Under the pieces are notes generated by a model. That model was not told the DNA's origin, ran no database searches, and worked only from the letters and a program-made list of their open reading frames with translations. A stretch of DNA of 63,946 bases, filler included, from Stramenopiles sp. TOSAG23-2 (lineage: Eukaryota): the NCBI GenBank assembly GCA_900128395.1. It is 3 parts of 3 records of this genome, joined end to end, with 100 filler letters (N's around TTAATTAATTAA, not from the genome) between each part and the next. Parts side by side here need not be neighbours in the genome. Positions count along the whole stretch, not along the records: positions 23,768 to 47,346 come from LT649483.1; positions 47,447 to 63,946 come from LT649674.1; 1 more part is not named here. One strand, written 5' to 3'. Shown here in pieces: positions 36,336 to 48,603 of this stretch; the stretch's first letter is position 1; every line of letters begins with the position of its first letter. Position numbers and translations under genes: made by a program.

Positions 36336-36929
36336 ATGTATCAAAAACGTCTTTTCATTCTTAATATCATTCTATCATCACTTATAATATGTATAATATC
36401 GATATTGTTAACAACTACTGATGCTATTAATGTAAATATAAAAAAACAGCAAAATACAAAATTATTATTATCTAATAATCGACAAGGAAGTGTTGGAGGA
36501 GGAGAAGGGGAAAAAAAAGAAGACGAAGATAAAGAAAGTGATGATAAAGATAATATGAATGAGTCTCCTAGCACAGAAAATAGTAATGATAAAACATCGA
36601 AATTATGTGCATCAAGTTGTGTCGCGGAATGTAATTCAAAATGGTATACATTAACTTCGTGTTTTGATACGAAATGGGGTTGCTTCCAAGGTTGTGAAAA
36701 AGGTTGTAAAGGTGATGTAGCATGTCCAAATTTATGTACAGCACAATTGGATTGGGAAAGATGCAACAAAGAGTCATGTAAATTAGGTTGTTCCATTGGT
36801 TCATCGCTTCAATCACGTTATCCATCGAAAGTTGAGGAAAATGATGATGATGGAAATGATGATAGTAATATAGATGATGATACTGAGGATGATGGTAATA
36901 AGAAGAAGGAAGAGACGACAAATAAATAA
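36336..36929 (+). CDS. Secreted Cys-rich small protein
   Basis: Signal peptide; CxxxCxxxC and CxxGC repeats flanked by acidic tracts. Confidence 0.75.
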   Translation: MYQKRLFILNIILSSLIICIISILLTTTDAINVNIKKQQNTKLLLSNNRQGSVGGGEGEKKEDEDKESDDKDNMNESPSTENSNDKTSKLCASSCVAECNSKWYTLTSCFDTKWGCFQGCEKGCKGDVACPNLCTAQLDWERCNKESCKLGCSIGSSLQSRYPSKVEENDDDGNDDSNIDDDTEDDGNKKKEETTNK

Positions 36930-37522
36930 ATAATTAATTAAAATAGTATAGATTTTGAGGTCAAAGACGACACCAATATAAAGAATGAATGACAAAGCAA
37001 TAACATTTTTCCGACTCTCAGTCGGTGCCAGCCACTTGTATAAAAATTTTATATCAAAAAAAGAAATAATATATAAATATAACTCGTCGTTTCCAAGTGA
37101 ACCCGACGTCCAGCCCGTTCAACGAGTGCAGGAAGGATAGAAACCTACTCGTGCTTGTGGAGTATTAGTTTGCAGACGTGCATTAGAGCTTCACTGTTAG
37201 TAGGATATAGAATATTTATTCTCGAGATTGAGTATTGAGCATATTATTTACCATGAGAAGTAAAAACTACTATATAACTTTAGATTTTAACCAATATTAT
37301 ATAAAAATATATTAATCTTGTCAACCTCCTTTTTAGGTTTCTCCCCTCTCTCCACAAAGCACACACGCAACTCAAAAACTTTCTAAACCAGCAAGACGTC
37401 TTAATTGTTCAAATGATAAGAAAAATGTTAAACTCCATGGTGCCATACGCATCCATGTAGGTAACCAACCTTTATACAATGCACTGAACCCTTCATTTTT
37501 TACAGTTTTTTGAAAACAATAC

Positions 37523-38585
37523 TCAAAAACTTTCTAAACCAGCAAGACGTCTTAATTGTTCAAATGATAAGAAAAATGTTAAACTCCATGGTGCCATACG
37601 CATCCATGTAGGTAACCAACCTTTATACAATGCACTGAACCCTTCATTTTTTACAGTTTTTTGAAAACAATCAATGGTACCATTATATAATGTTCCACGT
37701 CCCGTTGCACTGTGAGATGTATAATATTATAAGAGGTTAGTGTTATACATTTATGTGTATGTAAAGAAGATTTTATATATTTGTATATATATATATATAT
37801 ATATATATACGAAAAGAGATTTATACATACGGATCAAGTGGTTGATTCATAATACGTGTTTTCACAACATCTGCAGGTGCACCTAATGTTGCAGCAACTA
37901 AACCTGCTACTGCACTACTTAAACCATGTAATATTGGACCATCTTGTACTTCAAATGGTTGACGTTGAAACATTTGTTTTGCTTGATCATATGTTGTTAA
38001 ATCACCAATTTGTACTAACATCGCACGCTGTACAGCTGGACCCCAACCAGTATATAAACCACGTATACCACCTGTACGATAAATACTTCGAAATGCATCT
38101 GGGAAACCACCTGGATAACGTGGTAATTTACCTTTTGCAATACGTTTACCTTCAATTTGCATTTGTACTTTTACTAAATCAGTTGGTGTTGCGATAAATT
38201 GTCCAAAACCACCTGCTAACATACCAGCTGCAATACCTTTATATAATGAAAATGAACCATCTTGATTTTTTTGAAAAACATTTTCACGTAATATCTCATA
38301 TGACGTAACACGTGTACCAGAATATACTAAATGACGAAGACATGCAGGTGCTAAACCACGATATAATTGTAGAAAACCTTCTTCCCGTATAATACCAACC
38401 ATGGTACCAACTAAACCACGTCGTATCATCGTTGTATTCGCATTAGTATTATTATTTGCAATTTGTAAACGTGTTTTTGTTATATCAAATGGATACGTAA
38501 TAGATTCTGCTATACATGATGCCGCTGCCGATAAGATATAGGTCGATGCAAAGGATAAATTTGATTTATCTGGTCCACCACCCAT
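37523..38585 (-). CDS. Mitochondrial carrier, UCP4/SLC25A27-like, 2 exons (38585-37831, 37709-37523)
   Basis: Three Px(D/E)xxK motifs (PFDITKTR, PTDLVKVQ, PADVVKTR); intron gtatgt...cag; exon 2 LYKGWLPTWMRMAPW...FEQLRR. Confidence 0.9.
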
Positions 38586-39877
38586 TGTAATTTATTTATT
38601 TTTTAATTTTATTTAAATTTCTTGAATTATTTATTGATTAATGATGATGTATGATGAAAAATTGATTTTGAAAAAAAATAAAATATTTTTTTTCCGACAA
38701 TCTATTGAATTAAAGGAAGGGAATTAGATATATAAATGATGATGATGATCGATGTGCAAATTGATATGATTCATAAAGAATTTGTATCTATCCCTTTTTC
38801 TACAAGTTTCTATTATTCTATATAGTACTATTATAATTATTATATTATTATTTTCAATAATCGCAATTTCAACACTTAAACAAATTGTCTTCTCTTTAAG
38901 GATAATGCATGAGAGGGAAACATCGAAAAAAAACAGCTCAATAATCGCAATTTCAACACTTAAACAAATTGTCTTCTCTTTAAGGATAATGCATGAGAGG
39001 GAAACATCGAAAAAAAACAGCGGCTTTTCCATAGTGTATAGTGCCATATGCTTTCATAAACAGTGCAACACAGAATTTCCTGAAACTATTTGGTTTATAT
39101 TTTGAATTTCCTGATATTAGAATCTGGTATCAAGTAATTACAATCAACATAACATTATGATATCAAGATTATGAAAACAAAAAGTATCCATAAGTTTTCC
39201 TGATACACGCATGTAGATTTCTTGGCACACAGTATACACAGGGCACTAAAATTTTAGTATAGGAATAGCATTATTACAGAGTTGCAGAGTAGGGTTCACA
39301 TGGTCCAAAACTATGTTCCGAAATTCATCCAAATAGATATAAAATAATATAATATTTTGTATCCTTTATGGAATAATTCGTTGGAGTTTGCACCTACCAC
39401 GCACACAGCACTAATTTGGCAACAATAATATTTTGTATCCTTTATGGAATAATTCGTTGGAGTTTGCACCTACCACGCACACAGCACTAATTTGGCAACA
39501 AAAAATATTCGATGGAACAACAAAATCCAAAAGATCATCAAATAAATAAGATATATTAATGGATGAATTGGGAGTGGGGTGGATATATATATATATATAT
39601 ATATTAAAACATATAACTGATAATACAATTTATACATATATATATATATATCGTATATCAATTGTATATTGTTATCGTTAGTTTGTTTTAATTTTAACAA
39701 AAAAAGTATTATTTTTTTATTTTTTTTTTACAAAATTAGAATCAAAATTTATACCACATCATTTTTATTACATTATATATATACTGAGAGGATACACATA
39801 ATATAATATATACATTGGAATAAACTTATTCATACATACTCACAACAAACAATAAGAATCTCGAGAAAAAAAACACA

Positions 39878-41363
39878 ATGCCTGGTCTTGGATTTACATT
39901 GATTACCGTTCCATCTGCTACATATTCTGCAGCAAAATTAAACAATGCGATAGGTAAATATACAATGGATATACGTGAATTTAATGTTCCACAACTACGT
40001 GTTGGTACATTAAATGTACTTATTTCATTATCAGATACGTTAACTAAATTAGATCTGTCATGCATGTCTGTTGTTGGCCAAGTGGAAAAATTAGGACGTG
40101 AAATACATTTGCAACGTTTCAATTCCTCCGCGGACGATTGGAGTGATATCGATGGTAAAGATAAAATTGATTTTGTTAAAACTTTTGATTGGAAAGAAGT
40201 GAAATATCCAACTAGTCGTAGTTTAGAAGATTTAACCAAATTATTACAAATGAATGTAGGAAAAATGGAAGAAGAATTACGTAAATTTCAAGCATTATCC
40301 AACTAGTCGTAGTTTAGAAGATTTAACCAAATTATTACAAATGAATGTAGGAAAAATGGAAGAAGAATTACGTAAATTTCAAGCATCCTATTCAGAAAAG
40401 AAACAATTGAAAATTAGTGCAGAACGTGGTACAAAAGTCAATTTAATGGCAATTGATCTGAATACGGTATTACGAATCAAAGGTGTTAGTTATGATGGTA
40501 CACCAATTAAACCATTAATTGTTGAAGCAACAAATAAAGAATTGACAGTACAAAATTTTCAAGAGACGAATTTTTTAAAAACAGTTGTTATTGTCGTACC
40601 ATCAAATCAAGTGAAAGAATTTGAAAAAACATATCATACGTTAGATGATGGCACTAGTAGTGGTAATAATAATAATAACAACAACGAGACGAAGAACAAC
40701 AACAACAACAACGAAGATGAATCATCTATTTCCTTATTAGATGATGATGGTAACAATAGCAATAATAGTAATAATAGTAATAATAATGATTTAGGTGTTT
40801 CCCCTGTTGTACCAAATTCATTAGTACGTATAACTTCAGATAAAGAATGTGTTTTATATACAATAGTTGTATTAAAATCGCAACGTAAAGTATCACCAAT
40901 TGGTGATATACAAGAATGGGAAATTGCGGATAGTTTTCGTACCGCATGTCGTAAAAAACGATATGTTTTACGTGATAAATTTAAATTGGATTTGGAAGCA
41001 ACGAAAAAAGCAATGCATTACCAAGCACAATTGGATTCCGATTACAATTTATATGAAGGTAAAACATTAGAATGGTGCAAAGTGCATTTTGGTGAAACAA
41101 TGATAGCATGGGCACATGTGAAAGCTATACGTGTATTTATTGAAAGTGTTTTACGTTATGGTTTACCGCCTGATTTTGATTGCGTATTGATTGAACCGAA
41201 AGAGGGACGTGGTATTGATATACGTAGAGAATTAAATACATTGTATAAAGATTTATTAGCGGATGATGATGGTATGTTTGGAGGTGGTACAGATGGTGGT
41301 GATGGTGGTGAAGGTGGTACCGAGGATGGTAACATTTATCCATATGTCAGTTTGGAAATGTAA
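39878..41363 (+). CDS. ATP6V1C: V-type ATPase subunit C, split by a 91-bp exact tandem duplication (probable artefact)
   Basis: FNVPQLRVGTLNVLISLSD, FDWKEVKYP, WAHVKAIRVFIESVLRYGLPPDF, YPYVS. Confidence 0.92.
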
Positions 41364-42486
41364 ATTATATTTGTGTGCGTGTGTGGTTGTGTCCGGGTAA
41401 ATATAGTGTTTGATACGACCATGCTTGAAACTAGGTGTTGGGTTTAATAGGTTATAAATTTACACGTCGTAAAAAATGTTATCATACGAGTCGTACGAGT
41501 TCGTAGGAATAATTAATGAAGAGATTATAAAATTATTTTGGTTAAAAGATATTGGTTAAAATCTAAGTTATAATAATAAAAGATATAAAATTTAAAAAAA
41601 ATATTCGTATAAAATAAAAAATATTTTTTAGTATATAAAAAAAAATACCGAAGTGTAAATGGGATTTTAAAATTACCACACACTCTTCTTAAAAATTGTG
41701 CACTCTCTCCAAATTCCCCCCACATGCATCGAGATAGAATGCCTAGTTTTGATGTACAATCATCCATTACAAATATTTCTTTGTGTATTGTTATACGGAA
41801 TGGCTTTTCTGTTAAATCCAGCCTATTTGCATGAGACTAATGCTGTGTCTATGTATTTTAATATAAAATAAGGTATTTTACAGAACAGGTTTTTGGCGTA
41901 TATGTGCCTGTTAGTCCATGTATTTTAACATAAAATAAGGTATTTTACCGGCCAAGTTTTTGGCGTATGGAAATTACATGGGCTTACCATTAAGAGTCGT
42001 CGCCTCTTTTCTCTTTGCATTGGTACGGATTATCATTTTTAGATATGTACTTAAAACGCTGTAATCGTATACAAAACCTTGTCAATCTCCCTATTAAAAT
42101 ACAATTAGCATGCACACAGGATTATAAAAACCTAAATCTGATCGAAATTTTGGATCCAAAAAACAAACAAACGTAATTAGATTAACGATGAATTCCCCAA
42201 AAATATCGATTTATTATCTTAATATCCGTATAATATATTCCATATTAAAACTATTCATATATTAAATTGTTTTTTCCCTTTATCCTCCAAAATTCCATAT
42301 TATTTCATCCCCAATGAAAAAACTACCTGTTAAAACCACCCACCTGAATAATAAATGAAACAAACAAAAGCTAAGAATACATTTTGTCAGGAGATCATTT
42401 TATTAAGTACAAATTATATTCACAATTAACATACACACAACCTCTAATATCTTAGTATACGATAAAATACACCTATCAACTTTCTT

Positions 42487-42539
42487 CCTATCAAATGACC
42501 TAGTATTTATACTTGAAAGCGATGTTAGAATACCAAAAA
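42487..42539 (+). promoter_or_regulatory. Recurrent 5'-intergenic motif CCTATCAAA...TATACTT(G/A)AA...AGAATACCAAAA (representative copy)
   Basis: Also at 4988-5038, 29935-29988 (-), 48209-48245 (partial), 56020 (partial), and split at 7691/8630. Confidence 0.6.
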
Positions 42540-42947
42540 CCAATTATATTTACATGAAAAATAATAAAAATGAATAAAAAATCATCAAAAAACCGAGGAA
42601 AAGTGGATAGAAAGTGTACACCAGAAAGACAGGTTGATTGAAAATGCAATTGTACTTTCCTCAGAACATTGTACAATTTATACCATTAACATCAGAAACA
42701 ACGTTACTGATATATATATATATATAAGATACATTTACAACAACTACAATATTCTATTTTTTTTTTTTATTAAACATCATCATTACATTTTTATAAAAAA
42801 AAATCATGGAAACAGCCAAAAAAAACAAACCGTCGAATAGTGCTTTTAAACAACAATATATATATATAAGATACATTTACAACAACTACAATATTCTATT
42901 TTTTTTTTTTATTAAACATCATCATTACATTTTTATAAAAAAAAATC

Positions 42948-44284
42948 ATGGAAACAGCCAAAAAAAACAAACCGTCGAATAGTGCTTTTAAACAACAAAG
43001 ATTAAAAGCAGTAAGTATACACATACGAATAAATACATAGTATACATTTCAAATATAAACTAACATATACACACGCATATATAAACAGTGGCAACCAATA
43101 TTAACACCAAATTGGGTTATCGGTACATTTATTGTAATAGGTATCTTATTTATACCATTAGGCATTGTATTATTAAGCGCTGCAGATTCAGTTATTGAAT
43201 ACCAAGCAGTTTATGAGTGAGTATATATATATATATATATACGACGATAATAATAATACAACAAACATCTTTTTACTAACAATACAACCATCACACACAC
43301 ACATAACACAGTGGCGCATTAACAGAGGATCCCGCATATGTAGCCAACGCACAACATCAATCATCGCCAGTACCAGTTGGTACAAGTAAGACAATTACAT
43401 TTGATATTAAAGAAAAAATGACTGGACCAGTTTACGTGTATTATGAACTTGATAATTTTTATCAAAATCATAGACGTTATGTTAAAAGTAGAATGGATGC
43501 ACAATTGCGTAATAAACTTTCAAAAACGACTCTTATCGATGATGAAAATGGTGATGGGATTGCAAGGGCAAAAGCAAAATTTGGTACGGATACCACAATT
43601 GCTGAATGGGCTAAAATATTTTCACGTTGTGAACCAATGATTGTACCACCAGGTTTAACGACAGATTGCAAATATGGTACAAATGGTACAAATGGACAGC
43701 CATGTAAAATCTTATGGCCATGTGGTTTAATTGCTGGTTCGTTTTTTAATGACGTTTTTAAATCGAATCAAACATCATGGACGGAAAAAGGTATTGCATG
43801 GGAAAGCGATATTAAAAAGAAATTCATTAATCCAACGGGATGGAAAGATAAAATTGATAAAACTAGTACATCGGTTTATCAATATTTACATCAACGTTAT
43901 CCGAAATTTAATGAATTAACAGGTGGTTCATTGAAAGAAGAGGGTGTTGCAAATGAACATTTCATCGTATGGATGCGTACGGCTGGTTTGCCAACATTTC
44001 GTAAATTATATGCAATCGTTGAAGATGGTTTGGAAAAGGGCAAATTTGATATCGAAGTACATTCAAATTTTAACGTGAATTCATTTGGTGGCAATAAAAA
44101 ATTAATTGTTTCCACTGTTAGTTGGTTAGGTGGTAAAAATTATTTCTTAGGCGTTGCATATTTAGTAGTTGGTATTATCTCATTCTTATTAGCACTTGCA
44201 TTTGGAATAAAACATAGAATGAATCCACGTAAATTAGGTGATTCCGAATATTTAGTATGGAGTGATAAAGATAAACAAAGTTAA
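42948..44284 (+). CDS. CDC50: CDC50/LEM3 P4-ATPase flippase beta subunit, 3 exons (42948-43010, 43089-43216, 43312-44284)
   Basis: AFKQQRLKA|WQPILTP; YYELDNFYQNHRRYVKSR; PCGLIA; FIVWMRTAGLPTFRKLY; GGKNYFLG; branch point tactaac at 43274-43280. Confidence 0.93.
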
Positions 44285-44857
44285 ACATATAATGTATAAT
44301 CAGGATGATATTATATACGTGTTATGTTTATTCAGTGTTTGTCTGGTATAACAAATGGAAAACGAGGAAGATTGTTTCCTATTAATATATATATTTCCTA
44401 TTAATATATATTGTGTACGATAACTTCTTGAAATATGAGAGTTGAGAGATGAGATAAAATATTTGTGCGAGAAAATTAAAAATTAAAATCAGAAAGTAAA
44501 ACAGAGGCGAGGGAATAAAATATACTCGAGTAAAAAAACAATTTTTTAATGTACGCGCCGAACAGTTGAGAGTTTTAGAAGAGAAAGAGTGTGAAAAAGC
44601 GGGCCATATATCGACTGTCGCCAGTCGCCAGTCGCCAGTGTGTGTATAAAAACTTTTTTTTTATTTATTTTAAATCTGTGTTTAGCTTTACGTATGATAT
44701 TTAAATTTGATTTTTACTCTTTAAATATGATGGATATATCATATGCATACCTTCGGTGCCACTTTTTTTATGATGCCATATATATATTTTAAACAAAATT
44801 CTTATATACGATATACGCGCGTAATATATACAAAACCACGCACACCCCTCGCTCGGA

Positions 44858-47146
44858 TCAACCAACCTCCTCCATCAAATACAATAACAAACTATTTGCA
44901 TTCTCACGTTTTGATGGATCTCGTTGCAACATACGTTCTAATAAATTTGTAATGATTGAACTATATCCTCTATTTCTCACTTCATCTAATACGTTTGATA
45001 ATGATGTCATGGCAAAATCAGGTCTTTTTAACGAACACATTTCGTATAAAATACAGCCCAAGGACCAAATGTCTGCTGATTTTCCATAACCACCTTCAAC
45101 AATTTCTGGTGCCATATAATGTGGTGTACCAACAATAGTATTTGCACTATGTGATAAAGCAGTAGCAACGCCGAAATCACAAATTTTAATTAAATTTACA
45201 TTATTACTTCCATTATTATTATTATTATTACTATTATTACTATCATCACATAATAATAAATTTGCTGGTTTCAAATCACGATGTACTAACCCATTGTTAT
45301 GTATGACAATCAATCCATTTAATAATTGTTGGATTAAATTAATAATTTTCGTTTCATCTAAAAAGAATGGGTTTGTATTTGCTTTTAATTTTGCAGCTAA
45401 ATCACCACCTGATACATATTCCATTACTAAACATACGGATAAAATATTATTATCACGTATGTCTAAGAAAAAATCATGCACTTCAACAACATGTTCCGAT
45501 TTGGATCTCAAATTCGACATTAATCTTGCCTCATCTAATGCCTCATTTGCTTGTTCAACACTTTCACATATAATACGTTTTAAAACATACAATTCATTGT
45601 TACGCTCGTCCATAACTAATGTTGTAGTTCCAAATGCACCTTTTCCTAATTCTCCTAATATTGTATATGGTCGATCACCACCTAATGGTTCTTTTGAAGG
45701 GGATGTTGTTGCCGATGTAGTTGGTGATGAATGATGTGGTGATAAAAATGTTTGTTCTTGTTGTTGTTGTTTCATTTTATTATTAATTTGATTTTCATCA
45801 TCATCCCCTAGCGTTGGTGGATTATAATGTTCTTGTAAAAATGGATTTGTTGCTGTTGTCTTATTAATTTCATTTGTTTTAATGATTATGCTTTTATTTT
45901 CATTTTGATCATCGCTATCTGATGTTATTGTTGAAGCTGAAATAGCCGATGGTCTATTTCCAATAAATAAATTATTATTATTCGTAGTACTACTATTACT
46001 ACTAGTAGTAGTAGTAGTAATAGTAGTAGTAGTAGCATCATTTCCATTATCATCACTACTCATATCACCCTCTGATTTACTAGTCACAATTATGTTGGGG
46101 GATCGTTTATGTGTTGGTTTTTCTGAATTCTCAACTACTACAATAACATCTTCAATTTCTTGATCTTGTACCAATAACTCCCCATCACTTTTTGATTTTA
46201 TATTTAATGTTGAAGATGGTAATGGTGATGATGATGGTGATGACGTTGCTGCTGTTGTTGTTGTTGTTAATGTTGGTGCACTTTTTGTATGTTTTGTTGT
46301 TGTATTTGTTTTTTTCATTGTTGTATCATTATTAGTAGTAGTAGTAGTACTAGCAGTAGTAGTAATATTATTATTATTATCATTATCATCGTCTAAACAT
46401 GAACCTAATTCATCAAATGCACCAGCAACACTCCTATAATATGTAACCAGCCATAATATCATCTGTTTAAAACATGGTTGAAAAAATTCACCACATAATG
46501 CCAATGTAGCTGCGATGTCTTGAGCATTTCGTTCTGAAATAGTATCATATCGACGTGTTGCGTATTTCAATTTGATTTCGTTTCTAGCTATTTTCTTTTC
46601 ATAATGTTTATGTGTAACAATTGGGAAAAGAGATGAATGCGATGATGATGGTAGTAAAGATCTCTTCAAGATAAACTTTTGTCTCATTCTTCTAACTTTT
46701 CTACGATAATATTCTTTCCTTTCGCGTTCTGCATTTATTTTCTTCAATGACTTTCTATTTATAAATGTAATTCTTTTCAACAGTTCATCCATACCACCGA
46801 AAAGGCTGTCTTGTTTTCCATCACCTTTGCTTTGGAAATGTTTTCCAATAAGACCAGTCAATCTATTTGACAATTCGATCAAAGCTGCGTTGGTATGATG
46901 CATCATATTATCTTCTAGCTCTGAATTGTTATTGTTGTTGTTGTTGTTACTATTTGTTTTGACATTCACTTGTGCCATGATATTATTTAAATCAGTAATA
47001 GATGTACTAAGGTTACAAAGCGCATTATTAGATAATTTTAATGTTTCCAACCATGCTCTAGATGCAGCACGAACTGCACGTACACGAATTTCCACTGCAT
47101 CTATATATGTTGTTTCAAAGATTGGTGTACTACTTTGTGCATACAT
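44858..47146 (-). CDS. NEK-like protein kinase with N-terminal BAR-like helical domain
   Basis: LGKGAFG, YVLK, HRDLKPAN, ICDFG, GTPHYMAPE; N-terminal 'EYYRRKV...KIARNEIKLKYATRRYD'; NPF in the linker. Confidence 0.85.
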   Translation of the reverse strand: MYAQSSTPIFETTYIDAVEIRVRAVRAASRAWLETLKLSNNALCNLSTSITDLNNIMAQVNVKTNSNNNNNNNNSELEDNMMHHTNAALIELSNRLTGLIGKHFQSKGDGKQDSLFGGMDELLKRITFINRKSLKKINAERERKEYYRRKVRRMRQKFILKRSLLPSSSHSSLFPIVTHKHYEKKIARNEIKLKYATRRYDTISERNAQDIAATLALCGEFFQPCFKQMILWLVTYYRSVAGAFDELGSCLDDDNDNNNNITTTASTTTTTNNDTTMKKTNTTTKHTKSAPTLTTTTTAATSSPSSSPLPSSTLNIKSKSDGELLVQDQEIEDVIVVVENSEKPTHKRSPNIIVTSKSEGDMSSDDNGNDATTTTITTTTTSSNSSTTNNNNLFIGNRPSAISASTITSDSDDQNENKSIIIKTNEINKTTATNPFLQEHYNPPTLGDDDENQINNKMKQQQQEQTFLSPHHSSPTTSATTSPSKEPLGGDRPYTILGELGKGAFGTTTLVMDERNNELYVLKRIICESVEQANEALDEARLMSNLRSKSEHVVEVHDFFLDIRDNNILSVCLVMEYVSGGDLAAKLKANTNPFFLDETKIINLIQQLLNGLIVIHNNGLVHRDLKPANLLLCDDSNNSNNNNNNGSNNVNLIKICDFGVATALSHSANTIVGTPHYMAPEIVEGGYGKSADIWSLGCILYEMCSLKRPDFAMTSLSNVLDEVRNRGYSSIITNLLERMLQRDPSKRENANSLLLYLMEEVG

Positions 47147-47346
47147 GTTTTTCGTTTTTTTTGTTGTATTTGTTTAGTTCTTAATTTATTAAAATGCTTG
47201 TTAACAACAAATGTTATAATTGCACGATGTTTCTTACTTTATTAAAATGCAACAAATGTTATAATTGCACGATGTTTCTTACTTTATTAAAATGCTTGAA
47301 ATTTACGTAATTCTTCTTCCATTTTTCCTACATTCATTTGAACTAA

Positions 47347-47446
47347 NNNNNNNNNNNNNNNNNNNNNNNNNNNNNNNNNNNNNNNNNNNNTTAATTAATT
47401 AANNNNNNNNNNNNNNNNNNNNNNNNNNNNNNNNNNNNNNNNNNNN
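47347..47446. other. Artificial contig-joining linker
   Basis: N-run + TTAATTAATTAA (47391-47402) + N-run. Confidence 0.97.
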
Positions 47447-48603
47447 AAAGTTACAATTATTAATTTATTCATACCTTTCTTGTTTTTTTTTATGTTAAAT
47501 TTAATTTTATAAATGTTTTTATGTGATGTTTATTGTTGTGTATTTTCTTTTGGTTTCTATGTAATCCAGTTAATCTAGTTTTGGTATTTAAGTTTCTATA
47601 TGTTTTTACGTACGGTATCTCTTATTAAACTGGTAATAAAGGGAAAGTTTTTCTTTTTTTTTTTTCCTTCAACTTTTTTATTAGTATTATTCCCATGCTA
47701 TTCCAAGCATGCTAATTGTCTTGTATCGTTGGCCAAGCGCCAAGCTGGCAAGCAGCGGAGAACGAGCTGGATTCGTACAACCTTGAGTCTATCTGCGTTT
47801 TGAAGCAAAATTCGTGTTTTGTCACTTTCTACACTATTCAATGCTATCGTGTATTTCCTACATGTACCAGTTTTTATTCTCCGACTAGATGAAAAACAGC
47901 CATTTGGACATTTTTGCTGTACTATTTCCATGTTACCGTGTATCGCTATCAGCTGGTCTTTTTCTACAAAACTGCCATTTGGCAGTTCTACTGTTCTACT
48001 TAATACAATACGATTTTTTTCTATTTAATTTTATTTTACTACGCCCGTAAGTACAAAGTGATAGGAAACACGGGAAACCACGAACTAACTTAAAGAAACC
48101 TGAGGGAAAATGAAAAAAAGTCTGTAGGTCTAATATAAAGTTCCAGCTGCCGCACAGACGTGCAAACGGCAAAAAGGACCCTGCCTTCAAGTTCACTGCC
48201 TGGCATAATTTTATACTTAAAAGTGGAAATTAGAATACCAACAAAATCCTATAATACCAGCAAATGCACCTTTTAACCTTGTATCAATTCTTCCTCATTC
48301 TCTCTGCATCATCAATCTAAATCTAAATCATGAATCATGGCCCCGCACCATCCATTTTTCATAAAAAAAAGGTAAAGATATACTTATGTACAGTGATGTA
48401 GTTCAATTAAATGAGAAAGTATCTCTCTCTCTCGTACATATATATATTTATTTGTATATAACTCCAAGCCAATAATTTACAATTTTCTGTATGTACATAC
48501 ATAATCGTTTAAATTATAATAATCAATTAGAACGAAGGTGAAAAAAAAGTGAACCCCTGCATAATCATTGAAATATATATATATTAATCTAATAATAATT
48601 GAA

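Noticed and set aside
40206-40386. Apparent frameshift or split in V-ATPase C suggesting recoding
   Set aside because: Removing one 91-bp duplicate restores a single frame
24137-47295. Many exact 60-150 bp direct tandem duplications (about 24140, 29655, 30065, 30610, 33290, 34000, 34440, 35770, 37370, 38855, 39350, 40205, 42715, 47205)
   Set aside because: Identical copies that break conserved genes such as V-ATPase C; best explained as scaffolding overlap artefacts, not CRISPR arrays or biological repeats
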